From the human T2T-CHM13v2.0 reference genome, Homo sapiens, in assembly GCF_009914755.1 (NCBI RefSeq), contig NC_060926.1: a stretch of DNA of 64,000 bases; one strand, 5' to 3'. Positions 14,351 to 29,690 of this stretch are shown in pieces (within the stretch, counting starts at the first letter, position 1; each line of letters opens with the position of its first letter). The notes under the pieces were generated by a model that was not told where the DNA came from, searched no databases, and saw nothing but the letters and a program-made list of their open reading frames with translations. The position numbers were made by a program, and so were the translations under genes.

Positions 14351-15465
14351 GATCTTGAGTTCTTAGTTTAAAAAGTCATAACTTAAAAGGAAACCTTACA
14401 AAATAGTTATCTGTTTCCTGAGTGAATAGATTGTAATAGTTCCACTCAAAGAAATAGCCATTTCCCTGGATAGCTACGATTTTTTAAGAGTAATAATGAT
14501 CAACTCATTAACTGTGGTTGCCTTAAAGCACTTTGATAAGATTCAAATACATACTCCTGTTATTTAATGGATATTTATTTTAAAGAGCTACTCACTCATG
14601 TATTCAGATTACAATAACCCTTCTGCTTAATCTTCCTTAAATGGTTATTGTATTATTTTCAATGCATTCATGTAGTAGAGTAACACAAAGGTAATTCTAT
14701 GGATTCCCAAAGCAAAGTTGGATATTAACAACTAGGTATGTTGTGTGTTGATTTAATATACGGTAATGCTAAAGTTTAGAATTTAAGTCAAAGTGGGTTT
14801 TTGTAAGCTGTAAGGTAAGTTATTAGAGCTTTTTCCTGCCATAAAAAAATAAAAATACCATCATATATATTCATAAGAATTTGGCTCTGCTTACTCCTCA
14901 AATTTTTTATAACTACCTTTCCCTTCAACCATACCCATTTAGTCCCTAAATTATAAATGTAGCATTCAACTCCTAGACGCATTCTCTCAAAGCATTCTAG
15001 GAAATAACACAGGTCTTCATTCAATGAGGATTTAATGACTGTCTACTCTGATTCTGGCCATGTGGAAGATTGTGGAGATAAAATGTTATTCACCACACTT
15101 TCAAAGAGTCATAGCGTAGTGGGTGATATGAAAAAGTCAACCAAGACTCCAGTGAGGTGATGTGTGCTGGGATAGAGAAAAGGAAGGGATAGGTGTCAAG
15201 GAGATACAGACAGAGAAGACATTCCTTCAAGAGGCTTGGGATTGCTTGCAAAGAACAACAATTTACATATATCCTTTCCACCCACATTTTCCAGAACTAT
15301 ACCAGGTGGGAGGAAAAGATGGTCTCTATATTAGTAGCAGTTGCAAAAATTAAATTGATTGCTCAGCCTTTAGCGTATATGTCTGACACCACATCTCAAA
15401 CTCTTCTGTCCTTGTTCAAATTTATTAGAGTTACATCATGTGTGCTTACAAATAGCTCCTTTTAG

Positions 15466-15782
<317 letters not shown>

Positions 15783-16296
15783 TGAGAGGATTCTGCTCAC
15801 TGCATTGGCCCTGGACAGCTTCTCCCACACCCAGCTACCATACCACACCCAGTGTCCTCAGTACAATTCATCAAGCCCTAACTGGTTCCTTCAAGCTGCT
15901 TGTAGCACTTTCAAGGAGATAATGCAACGGTCACCACTTCACAAAAGAGGACCAGGCATTCTAGGAGTTCTGAATTCCAGGTATGTGTTTGTTTCCTGCT
16001 ACTACGGCTCTAGTATGCTTAAGAACAATTCCATTTATACCTTTGTTCTGTTACTGCATCTTAGAAAAACAGCTGGAGGGATTGTCTTCAAATTAGGAGA
16101 ATACACTAATCTAAATAAAATATAAACTCTACACATTTACTAAATTCATTTGCAGAAAACCCTCAGTGGGGAAGGAAAGACACAACAGAGATGAGCAGAC
16201 ATTTTTTAAGCTGTTCAAGGCAGAAAGGCACAAGCATGAGTTCAATCATAAGCTCTGAAGCAGATATCTAGGGGGCTGATACAGAAGTATACAGGG

Positions 16297-16655
16297 TTTG
16301 GTTTGGCCCTGTGTCCCCAGCCAAATCTCATGTAGAATTGTAATCCCCACATGTGTGGGTAGGGACCTGGTGGGAAGTGATTCGATCATGTGGGCGGTTT
16401 CCCCTATGCTGTTTTTGTGACAGTGAGTGAGTTCTCATGAAAGCTGTTGGTTTATAAGTGTTGGTTAAAAGTTCCCCCCCACCCCTCTACCGCCATTATG
16501 TGAAGGTCCTTGCTTCCCCTTTGCATTCTGCCATGATTGTAAGTTTCCTGAGACCTCCCCAGCCATGAGGAACTGTGAGTCAATCAAACTTTTTTCTTTA
16601 TAAATTACCCAGTATCAGGTAGTTCTTTCTATCAGTGTGAAAACAGACTAATACA
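16297..16655 (+). mobile_element. THE1D/MSTA-type MaLR solo LTR
   Basis: tggtttggccctgtgtccccagccaaatctcatg...ccatgattgtaagtttcctgag...aaacagactaataca. Confidence 0.88.
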
Positions 16656-16868
16656 CAGGGGACTTTCAGTCAAAGCTCATTTTAACCAGCAAATTCTAGA
16701 AACGCTCTATGGTTGGTTGCAGTGAACTTTTATTTATTGAATAATAGTTTTCAGATAATACCAAATAATTACTAGCTTGTGCACTGAAGAAATTTAGGGT
16801 GTTTTACATATCCAGCAGCCAAGAATAGGTACATACCAGGCATTTATTAAAGAGAATAACCTTGGAAT

Positions 16869-17459
16869 CGTTTGAAATGCCTATTCTCTGGTGCCATAAA
16901 GAAATAGCACTTGAACCTAAGTTTAATTTCTTCAGCAAGGCCATTTCTATACTTTCTGCAGAAAGGGTACACTCGCTAGCAGTTTTGCCATGAGAGTACA
17001 CCAGATAAAGGAGACAGGATCGTTTATAACTTGATGCGTCCACCTTACTGCTGTGTCTGGTTTGTATTGGCTGGAACGTGACCTCACATTCTATATTTTT
17101 CCTGATTGGCTGGCAACTTAGAATTTTTTTAAAAAGGCAAAGGCAGAGGAGAACAAAGGAAGGAGGAATTAACTTGTGGAATGCTGAGAAAGGTAAAAAC
17201 ACCTTCAAATAAGGAAGAGGAACAGGCTATGACCTAATGCTTCCTTGGACCAGTATAAGCACGCCAAGGCAAATATTTAGGCTAAACTGTGGGAGCTAAG
17301 AACATAAAGTACATTGATTTCTTCATTACGGCTAGCAGATATTTAAGAATGTTAGCACAGGTCTTTGAATAAATTTTGCTTCTAAGAGAAGTTACTATTT
17401 ATTCCTAATTAGACAGGGAGGAAAGTCTTTGAAGAGGTACCTCCACTTTACTTTTTACA
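16869..17459 (-). mobile_element. ERV1-class solo LTR (LTR15-like, HERV-I group)
   Basis: Minus strand begins tgtaaaaagtaaagtggaggtacctcttcaaagac; 4-bp TSD gaat (16865-16868 / 17460-17463); CCAAT, TATA and ATTAAA in LTR order. Subfamily name is from memory. Confidence 0.75.
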
Positions 17460-17553
17460 GAATCAATGCCCCATTTCATATTTGTCAAAAGCTTATTTGA
17501 GAATAACAATATTTAGGGAAAATTAGGAGAAAGATATACATTTAATCTATTAA

Positions 17554-17887
<334 letters not shown>

Positions 17888-17894
17888 TTCAATT

Positions 17895-18600
17895 CCTCTT
17901 TATTCAACAAATATTTGTCTCTACCATATGCAAGGTACTGTTCTAGAATTCTGATAGGCTATATTTCTGTTTAAAAAACATATATTCTCTTTGGGAAAGA
18001 TAAACATTAAATAGGTAATATATGTTATATATTCAATCTACATTAATTCAAGTTAATTTTATCATAACATTTGTTAATATTTAAAATTTTATATATTGGA
18101 AATATTTGGAATTTTCTATATATATAATTTCAAATATTAACAAATGTTATGAGAAAAATTAACTTGAATTACTGTAGATTGGAGAAGTGAGGAGGAGGGG
18201 TATCATCTGGAAAGGTTTTGGAGAGAGGATCTTGGCACTGGGACCTGCATGCTGAGAAGGAGGCAGAGCAGTGGAGACCCGAGGAGAGACAACACAGGCG
18301 GAGGAAACAGCGGGTGCACAAGAGGGGAAGAAAAGGTGACGATGAGCCCCTTGCTCAGTTACTGTGACCAGAGCATGGTCACATAGGGGTCAGTGCTAGG
18401 AAAAGATGTCAGCAAGTGGCTGGGACAGGCCATGGGATTCACACTGGGAGTCACAGTTCCGTCCACTGTAGGACAAATAGACAGTGGTGAAATAAGAATA
18501 CAAGTCAGAAGGGAGTAGGAGGCTCTACTGCAGCCCAGGAATGAGGCAGCCTGTCTTGTGAAAGAACTCAGAGCCACAACAGGGGCCATGCTCATGGAAT
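17895..18600 (-). mobile_element. L2 fragment hosting an AT-rich palindrome
   Basis: ttattcaacaaatatttg...ctaccatatgcaaggtactgttctag terminus; caggcggaggaaacagc downstream. Confidence 0.65.
18034..18181. repeat. 148-bp AT-rich inverted repeat (63/64-bp arms, 21-nt spacer)
   Basis: 18034-18096 is the reverse complement of 18118-18181 with 4 substitutions and 1 indel by manual alignment. Confidence 0.95.
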
Positions 18601-18884
18601 TTTAGTAAATATGGCTTTGTCATGATGCCATAGGCTTTCACTGAGAAATGTAAACAAACATCCCCATGAAATGCATTGTATTTATTTTAAGCAGGCAGGG
18701 ATGAAAGGTGAATAGGATGTGGATAATTCACCCTGTTGCATAGCACTTTCCTCAAAAGAATTTGTTGGAAAAAAGAAACTGAAGCTACTGATTTTTGTCT
18801 CTTCCTAACGTCTGAAGAAATGTACTTTATCGAATATCCCCTTTGCTTATTTTCCAACATCTACTCAACTTGAATCTTTTACAT

Positions 18885-19060
18885 TAACTTTAAAACTTAC
18901 TGAGGTAAAATGTACAGCAAAAAAATTTCATGTGGCAGAGGTATAGAGCCTAACAAATTTTCACCAACTGCATACCTTTGCAACCAGTAGGCAGAGCAAG
19001 AAACAGAATCCTAAAAACCTTCATGGTATTATGTTCCAACTGACCCATTTTATCTCAGTA
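18885..19060 (-). mobile_element. Old L1M (L1ME-like) 3' UTR fragment
   Basis: acttactgaggtaaaatgtaca...caagaaacagaat. Confidence 0.45.
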
Positions 19061-19210
19061 TGAACTACACATCTCATTATGTTTTCTTCCATATGTTGAT
19101 TGCTAGAAAATTTATAACCATATTTTGTGTCTCTCATTCAAAACTACCAGAACCTCACAGCAGGCTTTTATGGACTAATCTCTCATCCTTGGTTTCACTT
19201 TTATCTTTCT

Positions 19211-19504
19211 TTTTTTTTTTTTTTGAGACTGAGTCTGGCTCTGTTGCCCAGGCTGAAATGCAGTAGCATGATCTCAGCTCACTACAACTCCCGCCTCCCA
19301 AGTTCCAGTGATTCTCCTGCCTCAGCCTCCCAAGCAGCTAGGATTACAGGCATGTGCCACCACCCCCAGCTAGTTTTTGTACTTTTAGTAGAGACAAGGT
19401 TTGGCCATGTTGACCAGGCTGGTCTTGAACATTTGACCGAAGTGATCTGCCCACTTCAGCCTCCCAAAGTGCTGGGATTATAGACATGAGCACCGTGCCC
19501 AACC
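19211..19504 (-). mobile_element. Full-length AluS
   Basis: Antisense Alu; TSD ttttatctttct on both sides. Confidence 0.92.
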
Positions 19505-19865
19505 TCAAGTTTTATCTTTCTTTATACCCTTTGCCTTCACTTCATTCATGGCTTTTGATTTTTCCTATTTTTCTTAATATCATTGAATATATCTTTGTAA
19601 GCAAGGTACAACATTCTGGGAAGAAAGTAATGTCAAAGTAATACATGGAAGAAAAAACTGCCCCTCTGTAAATATTTTATCAGTCACTTAGTAGGGTTTA
19701 GTCCAATCAATACAGAGTTTAGTACATAAACTAGAATCTTCACTTTATTGTGCAGCAAGAAAACAAAAACGATTCTTTCTACAGATACTAATGCATGATT
19801 AAAACACACAGCCCAGAACGCCTGCCTAAAAAATCAGTCCCTATGGGTCAGAAGTCATGGGTCTT

Positions 19866-20954
19866 TGTTGGAGAAGTCAGGGACCCCGAATGGAGGGACT
19901 GGCTGGAGCCGAGGCAGAAGAACATAAATTGTGAAGATTTCATGGACATTTATCAGTTCCCCAAATTAATACTTTTATAATTTCTTACACCTGTCTTTAC
20001 TGCAATCTCTGAACATAAATTGTGAAGATTTCATGGACATTTATCACTTCCCTAATAATACTCTTATGATTTCTTATGCCTGTCTTTACTTTAATCTCTT
20101 AATCCTGTTATCTTCATAAGCTGGGAATGTACGTCACCTTAGGACCACTATTGTACAAATTGATTGTAGAACATGTGTGTTTGAACAATATGAAATCTGA
20201 TTGTAAAACGTGTGTTTGAACAATATGAAATCAGTGCACCCTGAAAAGAACAGAATAACAGCAATTTTCAGGGAACAAGGGAAGAAAACCATAAGGTCTG
20301 ACTGCCTGCTGGATCGGGCAGAATATAGCCATATTTTTCTTCTTGCAGAAAGCCTATTGATGGATGTGCGAGTAGGAGAAATATCACTGAATTATTTTCC
20401 CAGCAAGGAATAACCCTGGGGAAGGAATGCATTCCTGTGGGTAGGTCTATAGACAGCCACTCTGGGAGTGTCTGTCTTATGCAGTTGAGATAAGGACTGA
20501 AATACGCCCTGGTCTCCTGTAGTACCCTCAGGCTTACTAGGATTGGGAAATTCCAGCCTGGTAAATTCTAGTCGGACCCATTCTCTGCTCTCAAACCCTG
20601 TTTCCTGTTAAGATGTTTATCAAGACAATTTGTGCACAGTGGGACATAGACTCTCATCAGTAATTCTAAGTTTGCCTTCGCCTTGTGATCTTTATTGCCC
20701 TTTGAAGCATGTGATCCTTGTGACCTACTCCCTGTTGATACACCCCCTCCGCTTTTAAAATCCCTAAGAAAAACTTGCTGGTTTTGCAGCTTGAGGTGGT
20801 CATCACAGTCCTACCAATATGTGATGTCACCCCTGGACACCCAGCTGTAAAATTTCTCTCTTTGTACTCTTTCTCTTTATTTCTCAGATCAGCCGACACT
20901 TAAGGAAAATAGAAAAGAACCTATGTTGAAATATTGGGGGCTGGTTCCCCAATA
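19866..20954 (+). mobile_element. MER11 solo LTR (ERVK, HERV-K11/HML-8)
   Basis: Starts tgttggagaagtcagggaccccgaatggaggga, ends gggggctggttccccaata; about 1.09 kb; 6-bp TSD ggtctt/agtctt; internal tandem repeats of gaacataaattgtgaagatttcatggacatttatca. Confidence 0.92.
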
Positions 20955-21344
20955 AGTCTTGAAGCTATTTCCCATGAAGGATGCCACACACCCACAACCA
21001 TACTGTCTTTTCTATTCTTGTGCCCAGGGGCCAGATTATTAAGTGGGCTTCAAGACAAACTCTCTGCTTTTTAGATCCTGGGCAGAGAAGTGCAAGAGGA
21101 AGCCCACATTCTGGGGCCAGCTGGTCAGTGCAGGCAGCACCTTGGCCTTTGACCAGGACAGGGGCAGTGTTATGTCCCCGCAGCCTTGCGGAAGGCCTTG
21201 GGTCTCCTCTGTGCTCCAACATCATCTCGGCCTGGACCCTACCTGTAAGTCTGATTGTACCATTTGAAAAGGACAGCGATCCTAGGTTAAAAATGTATTC
21301 AATCATTTAATCTATTGGAAGTTTAAAAGTCTATTTATTTAAAA

Positions 21345-23320
<1,976 letters not shown>

Positions 23321-23766
23321 GACTGAAAGTGCATAGTTTGTAAGGTTAAAGGGAAAAGTCCACTAATTTCCAAATTTATAATTAGTAATTTTTGTAAAGA
23401 ATTATAATGTCACAAAATATTTTGTGTATACAACTATCAAATGTAGGCATCTACAAATATCTTCGTTTTGTTTTTTAACATGTGTGTTAAGATTTTAAAA
23501 AACCCACATATGAGTAATTCGTTTATCAATTTGAATGGTCAAGAAACACCATCACCCAAGGTTATGTACCATCATGTACTACTCTATAATATGATAGTGG
23601 TGCATGAAAGACATAAGGTTAAGCAGAGCTGATAGAAAGTGCTTAGACTTCAAAATCAGTTCTTGCCTCCTAGGAATGGGACTTTGACATGTAACTTGAT
23701 CAGTCAGAGACTCAGCTTCCTCAACTACAAAAGGGGGTTATTAAGAGGACCAAGTGAATTTCCATG

Positions 23767-24109
23767 TGTCTTAGTCCATTCAGGCTGTTCTAACAAAATA
23801 TCTATTGACCGAGTGGCGTATAAACAGCAAATATTTATTTCTGGGAAGTCCAACTCCAAGATGCCAGCAGATTTGGCGTCTGGTGAGGGCCCACATTCTG
23901 TTAGACAGCACTGGCTTCTTGCTGTGTCCTCACATGATGGGAGGAGCAAGCCAACTCCCTGGGACCTCTTTTCTAAGGGCACTGATGCCACTTTCAAGGG
24001 CTCCACCCTAATGGCATAGACACTTCCTGAAAGCCCCACCTCTTAATACACTGGGGATTAGGTTTCAACATATGAACAGGGGCAGAGCACAAACACTCAG
24101 ATCATGGCA
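23767..24109 (-). mobile_element. MLT1A/MSTD-type MaLR solo LTR inserted in a MIR
   Basis: tgtcttagtccattcaggctg...cagatcatggca; 5-bp TSD ccatg/ccgtg; MIR sequence on both sides. Confidence 0.85.
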
Positions 24110-25766
24110 CCGTGTAAGACTCAGCATAGAAAGTAGACATTCAACAAATGCTAATTTCAGTTTTTTTCTCTGTTTTTAATTATTTCTTTTATTGTCTCTA
24201 GTTTCTTAACTGAGGTTAACTCATTGCCAGGACAAACAGCCCAGCCAATGAATTTTGGCCTACAGAGAAATCTCACTCTTGAATAACCTTGGATTGAGTT
24301 CTTTCATTAGAATCCTTCCAAAGTGCTAGCAATTGATTTGCCACAAAAGAAAGGTTTGATTTTAACTGGCACAGGAATGCAAGCTGAAATCCTCACTGCA
24401 CACAGGAGTGATGTTGCCTACGGAGAACTCAGGTTTTAAATCACTGTACTGCAAACTAACACCCCATTTAACAAACGGAGCAGAAAAGCTACTCTGAGCC
24501 ACAGAGTCGGTGGCCGCCTGTGCATTCGCCTGAACTTTCAGGCAAACTGGAGAGTCCCGGCTTCTGTTAAATAGACTTCAAAAATATCAACTCCCTATGT
24601 ATCCACAAGCAGGGTTTCTTATCAAAGTCATCCACCACTCAAAGACTTAATTTATTTTTCCAACCCAGTAAAACAATGGTTCTTTTATACAGTATCTGAA
24701 TATTGTAAACCTAATAAAGGCAAGTGAAATCCTATCATCAAGTGTGCCAGAGAACACGGGCTTTAAGTATTTGAGCAGAAACAATCTCTGTTTCACAATT
24801 ATCCCAGGACGGTGAGGAGAAAGGTGAATTCAGTCATGCACCTGGAATGGAGTTGAGTAATCCTAGCCTCTAGCACAGAAGGAGTAGCATGGAGAAAAAG
24901 AGAAAGATTTCTCAATTGTTGCTGCACCAAGATTCCTGACAATATTGGGATACTGTTCACTCAACAGACAATTTGGGAGCGTGGTCTCAGTTCTTGTCTG
25001 AGCCCTCACACAGGGAGGCTCAACACCAACTTTTTTAAACGTTGAAGCCAATTTCTCAACAATGCCCTGCGTTGTTTCTTTATACATGAAATCACTCTCT
25101 TTGGTATCAATAGGCTGAACTTGATATATGTTGTGTGAGATTCTGATGACACCTGTATCCCTATGAATACCAGGTCTGCGGGATATGATTTTATAAAAGA
25201 TAAATGAGGTAGGAAATGAGTGCAGCCAATGGCTGTACCATCCTTGTGGACAACACCTTGAAAGTGAGGCAAGTTCATGCATCTGCAGTCTCAAGTTCGT
25301 TCACCTGCGGTCTCCACACCTGATACTCTCTCCGTGGCTGGTTTGTGTCTGCCCCACAGCACGGTCTTGAGCCCTGAAGTCTGGTCAATTCTCAGGTTAT
25401 ACTTGCCTGCTGGATGTGTACCTTATGGCTCACATGGACTCTAGTTTCCTCATATGCTCTATCCTGAAGCACTATCCCAGTAATTCTCTAAGGATCATCA
25501 GATTCCTTCTCTTTACGAAGCTTAAATCATTTTTTTCCTCCTTTTTTTTTCTTTCTCTTTTTTCTTTTCACCTGGCATGTCCTGCATCTGACTCATGCTA
25601 CTTTTCTGCATCTAATGTGAAGCTTTTCCTCAGTGATCCCTAATCTCACTTTGCTTAAACAGGAGACAGGTTAATTTTTAACTTCACTTATCAGAATGTT
25701 AACAGTACCTTCTCAAACCACTACAATACTGCAAAGAGGAAAATGTGAAAAGAGGAAAATCATTCT

Positions 25767-25846
25767 TAAGCATTCTTATATACACAGTTTTTTTTTTTTT
25801 GCCTATAAGACTAACAGCAAAAGAACTGTGTATATAAGCATGCTTA
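25767..25846. repeat. Inverted repeat (about 30-bp arms, 14-nt loop)
   Basis: taagcattcttatatacacagtt(T)ngc ... gcaaaagaactgtgtatataagcatgctta. Confidence 0.9.
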
Positions 25847-26012
25847 TAGACTAAAGGTAAATGTTCATTTATTTTTCAAATGTGTACTTATTAATATTTA
25901 TAAAGAATAATGCTACAAAAACATTTTGTGTATACAATTACCAAATGTAGGTATCTACAAATACTTCTGTTATTTCATGTGTGCATTAAAACATTAAAAA
26001 AATAACTCATAT

Positions 26013-26168
<156 letters not shown>

Positions 26169-26448
26169 AAACCCACATGTGACTGATTCATTTATCAGTT
26201 TGTATAATCAAGAAACACCATCACCCAAGGCTAAATATTTTCATGCACAATTATATAATATGACAGTGGGGTACGAAAGACATAAAATTAAGCAGAGCTA
26301 TAATAATACAAAGTGCACAGAAGGAAGAATCAGCTGTGACACCTCCTGGAAGTGGGACTCTGGCAAGTGTTATAACTTGATCTGTTAGAGGCTCAGCTTC
26401 CTCAGCTATAAAAGAGGGTTTATTGGGAGGATTACATTAATTTCCATG

Positions 26449-27090
<642 letters not shown>

Positions 27091-27548
27091 TGAGAGACTA
27101 AGGCACCCTTCCCTGCTTCTACAATACTATAAATTTGCACTGATAGCTACTTCTAAAAGTGTAAGAAATCCCCTAGGTTTTAAAATGTTATGAATTCCTT
27201 ACTAATATGGTTTTTGCCTGAAAGTTAACCAACAGCCATCTGGTTAAAGATAATTCTATTTTATTCTGTTTTTTTAAATAAACGTAGAGTCAGCTGATAA
27301 CAGCAGATACCTGCTGACTTTATAACACATGTCTACGTAGGTTGTCTATATTTCTGTTAGGAATATGCATCTTTCTTTTAAAATAATATAATTAAGAGCT
27401 GATACTTAATGAGTATTTACTGTATGCATGCCCTGAATTGGCATATTACCTATTTTATTTTACTTAAACTTTATAACAACTCTCTGCTATAGATTGTTTC
27501 TCTATTGTTTTCCAAGAAGAGGAAATTGCTGGTCAGGAAGGGTAAATA

Positions 27549-27888
27549 GGCCAGCACAGTGACTCACACCTGTAATCCCAACACTTTGGGAGGGCGAGGT
27601 GGCTGGACTGCTTGAGCTCAGGAGTTCAAGACCAGCCTGGGCAACATGGAGAAACCTGTCTCTACCCAACCCCCCTAACTAAAAAAAAAAAAACGTAGCC
27701 AGGTGTCATGATGTGCACCTGTAGTCCCAGCTACTCAATATGCTGAGCTGGGAGGATATCTTGGGCTCAAGATGTTGAGGTTGTAATGAGCCATGATTGT
27801 GCCTCTGCACTCCAGCCTGCACAGCACAGTGAGATTTGTCTCAAAAACAAAACAAAACAAAACAAAAAACAACAACAACAAAAAAGAA
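27549..27888 (+). mobile_element. AluJ-like, inserted in an antisense MIR (about 27400-27960)
   Basis: cttgagctcaggagttc and ggaggatatcttgggctc are J-type features; CAAAA tail. Confidence 0.9.
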
Positions 27889-28156
27889 AGAGTCAATAAT
27901 ACTGGCAGAGTCACACAGTGGTAGAGCCAAAAAACAAAAAAAGAACTAAGATCTGCCTCTTTTCCAAATTCATATTCATGTTCCTATCATATATGCTATC
28001 CTGCCTTATTAACATTCTAAACACTGGTGACATAATTTTAATTTATTCAAAAGCTTCTTTCCCAGGTCAATTGCCAGAGAGAAATCAACAGTGGTACTCC
28101 TAAGTGTTTAATGAAAATAGCAGGTAAGTTGATTCCTTAAGAAGTCAAGGGCATTA

Positions 28157-28780
28157 TTTTTTGTTGTTTTGTTTTTCGACTTTGATTTCATGGTTAGAGG
28201 TACATTTGCAGAGTGTTATCTAGGTAAACTACATGTCGCCGGGGTTTGGTGTACACATTACTTAGTCACCCAGGTAATAAGCATAGGACCCCATAGGCAT
28301 GTTTTTTAATCCTCTGCCTCCTCCCAATCTCCACCCTCAAGCAGGCCCTGGTGTCTGTTAGTCCCCTCTTTGTGACCATGTGCTCTCGTTGTTTGGCTCC
28401 CATTCGTAAATAAGAACATAAGGGTATTCGATTTTGCATACCTGCATTATTTTGCTTAGGATAATGGTCTGCAGCTCCATCCATGTTGCTGCAAAGGATG
28501 CGATCTCATTCTTTTGTATGGCTGCATAGTATTCCATGGTGTGTATGTACCAAATTTTCTTTAGCCAGTCTACCATTGATGGGTATTTAGGTTAAGTCCA
28601 TTTTTTTGCCATTGTGTATAGTGCTGTAATAAACATATGTGTGCATGTGTCTTTATCATAGAATGAATTATATTCATTTGAGTGTATACCCTATAATGAG
28701 ATTGCCAGGTTAAATGGTAATTCTGGCTTCTTTGAGAAATCACCACACTGCTTTCCACAATGGCTGAACTAATTTACACT
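28157..28780 (-). mobile_element. L1PA15/16-like 3' end (5'-truncated)
   Basis: tttggtgtacacattacttagtcacccaggtaataagcatag, ggctgcatagtattccatgg, ctttccacaatggctgaactaatttacact; ORF 28358-28576 gives the L1 ORF2 C-terminal motif WYIHTMEYYAAI. Confidence 0.9.
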
Positions 28781-29589
28781 TTTTTTAGTTGTGGATGTTT
28801 TTGGAAGAACGTACAGGTAAAAAAAATATATATATATATATTTAAGAGCCCAGAGCACTTTCATACTTGTATCTTTATTTTGAAGTCTCTGTCACTCTTC
28901 TTTAGCCTTTCCTGCTTAATTAATGCAACCTGGTACTGAAGCGTTTCTCATCTCTTTTGAAACACGGATCAGGGGAACTCCTCACTTGAGTAATGTATTG
29001 CAGTCATACGTCATCGGCGGCAACAGCTCCGTGCTGTAAATAAAGCTGTAATTTTATTATTGTCAGGAGTCCAGACTGAGACATTCTTACTTACATACAA
29101 TGCATCAAGCATTAAAAGCGTATTTCTAATGCACTTCCTAAACCATGCTCCCTCTCCTCCTGTGGGCAAAGATCTTTTAAGGCATAGGCTCTCTAAAAAG
29201 CATTCAGAGTATGGAAATGAATTAGCGAGATGCAATGCCCTGGCCAAATTCACAAGAGACATGAACAGCTAAGAAAAGCACCAAAGGTGTTTATGTCTGA
29301 GCGCCAGCCACAGTGAACCCCTGAGAGCGCTCAGTGCTAGTGTTTCAGAGGACTCACGCGGTACATGCAGCATTAGTTCTTGAGGGGCTTGGTCCTGCAA
29401 AGGGGCTCATTGCTCTCTCAGCCTGAAGTACTTTAAGTCTCAATTCAGTGTTATTTCCGTTCCCAATTCCCTAAAAGGCTTTTGTCCCAGTCCATCGGTT
29501 CTCCTAGAGCCCCCTGCATGCCTCAGCATTGGGCCAGTCTGCACACTGCGCTGAGATGAACTAACTGCATGACTTTATCCTCACCAGAC

Positions 29590-29690
29590 AGAAAGGCAGG
29601 GACTATGCCATCTTTATGTTTACATTCTTGGAGCTCTGCACAAGGTACAAGATTAGTAAATACTTGGTTGTTGAATAAATAAGTATTAAT
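29590..29690 (+). mobile_element. L2 3' terminus
   Basis: gaaaggcagggactatg...agtaaatacttggttgttgaataaata. Confidence 0.5.

Noticed and set aside
19920-20235. Direct repeats inside 19.9-20.2 kb
   Set aside because: Intrinsic features of the MER11 LTR, not locus-specific.
24863-25294. 143-aa ORF in unique sequence
   Set aside because: No recognisable homology, no poly(A)/TSD of a retrocopy and no convincing splice boundaries.
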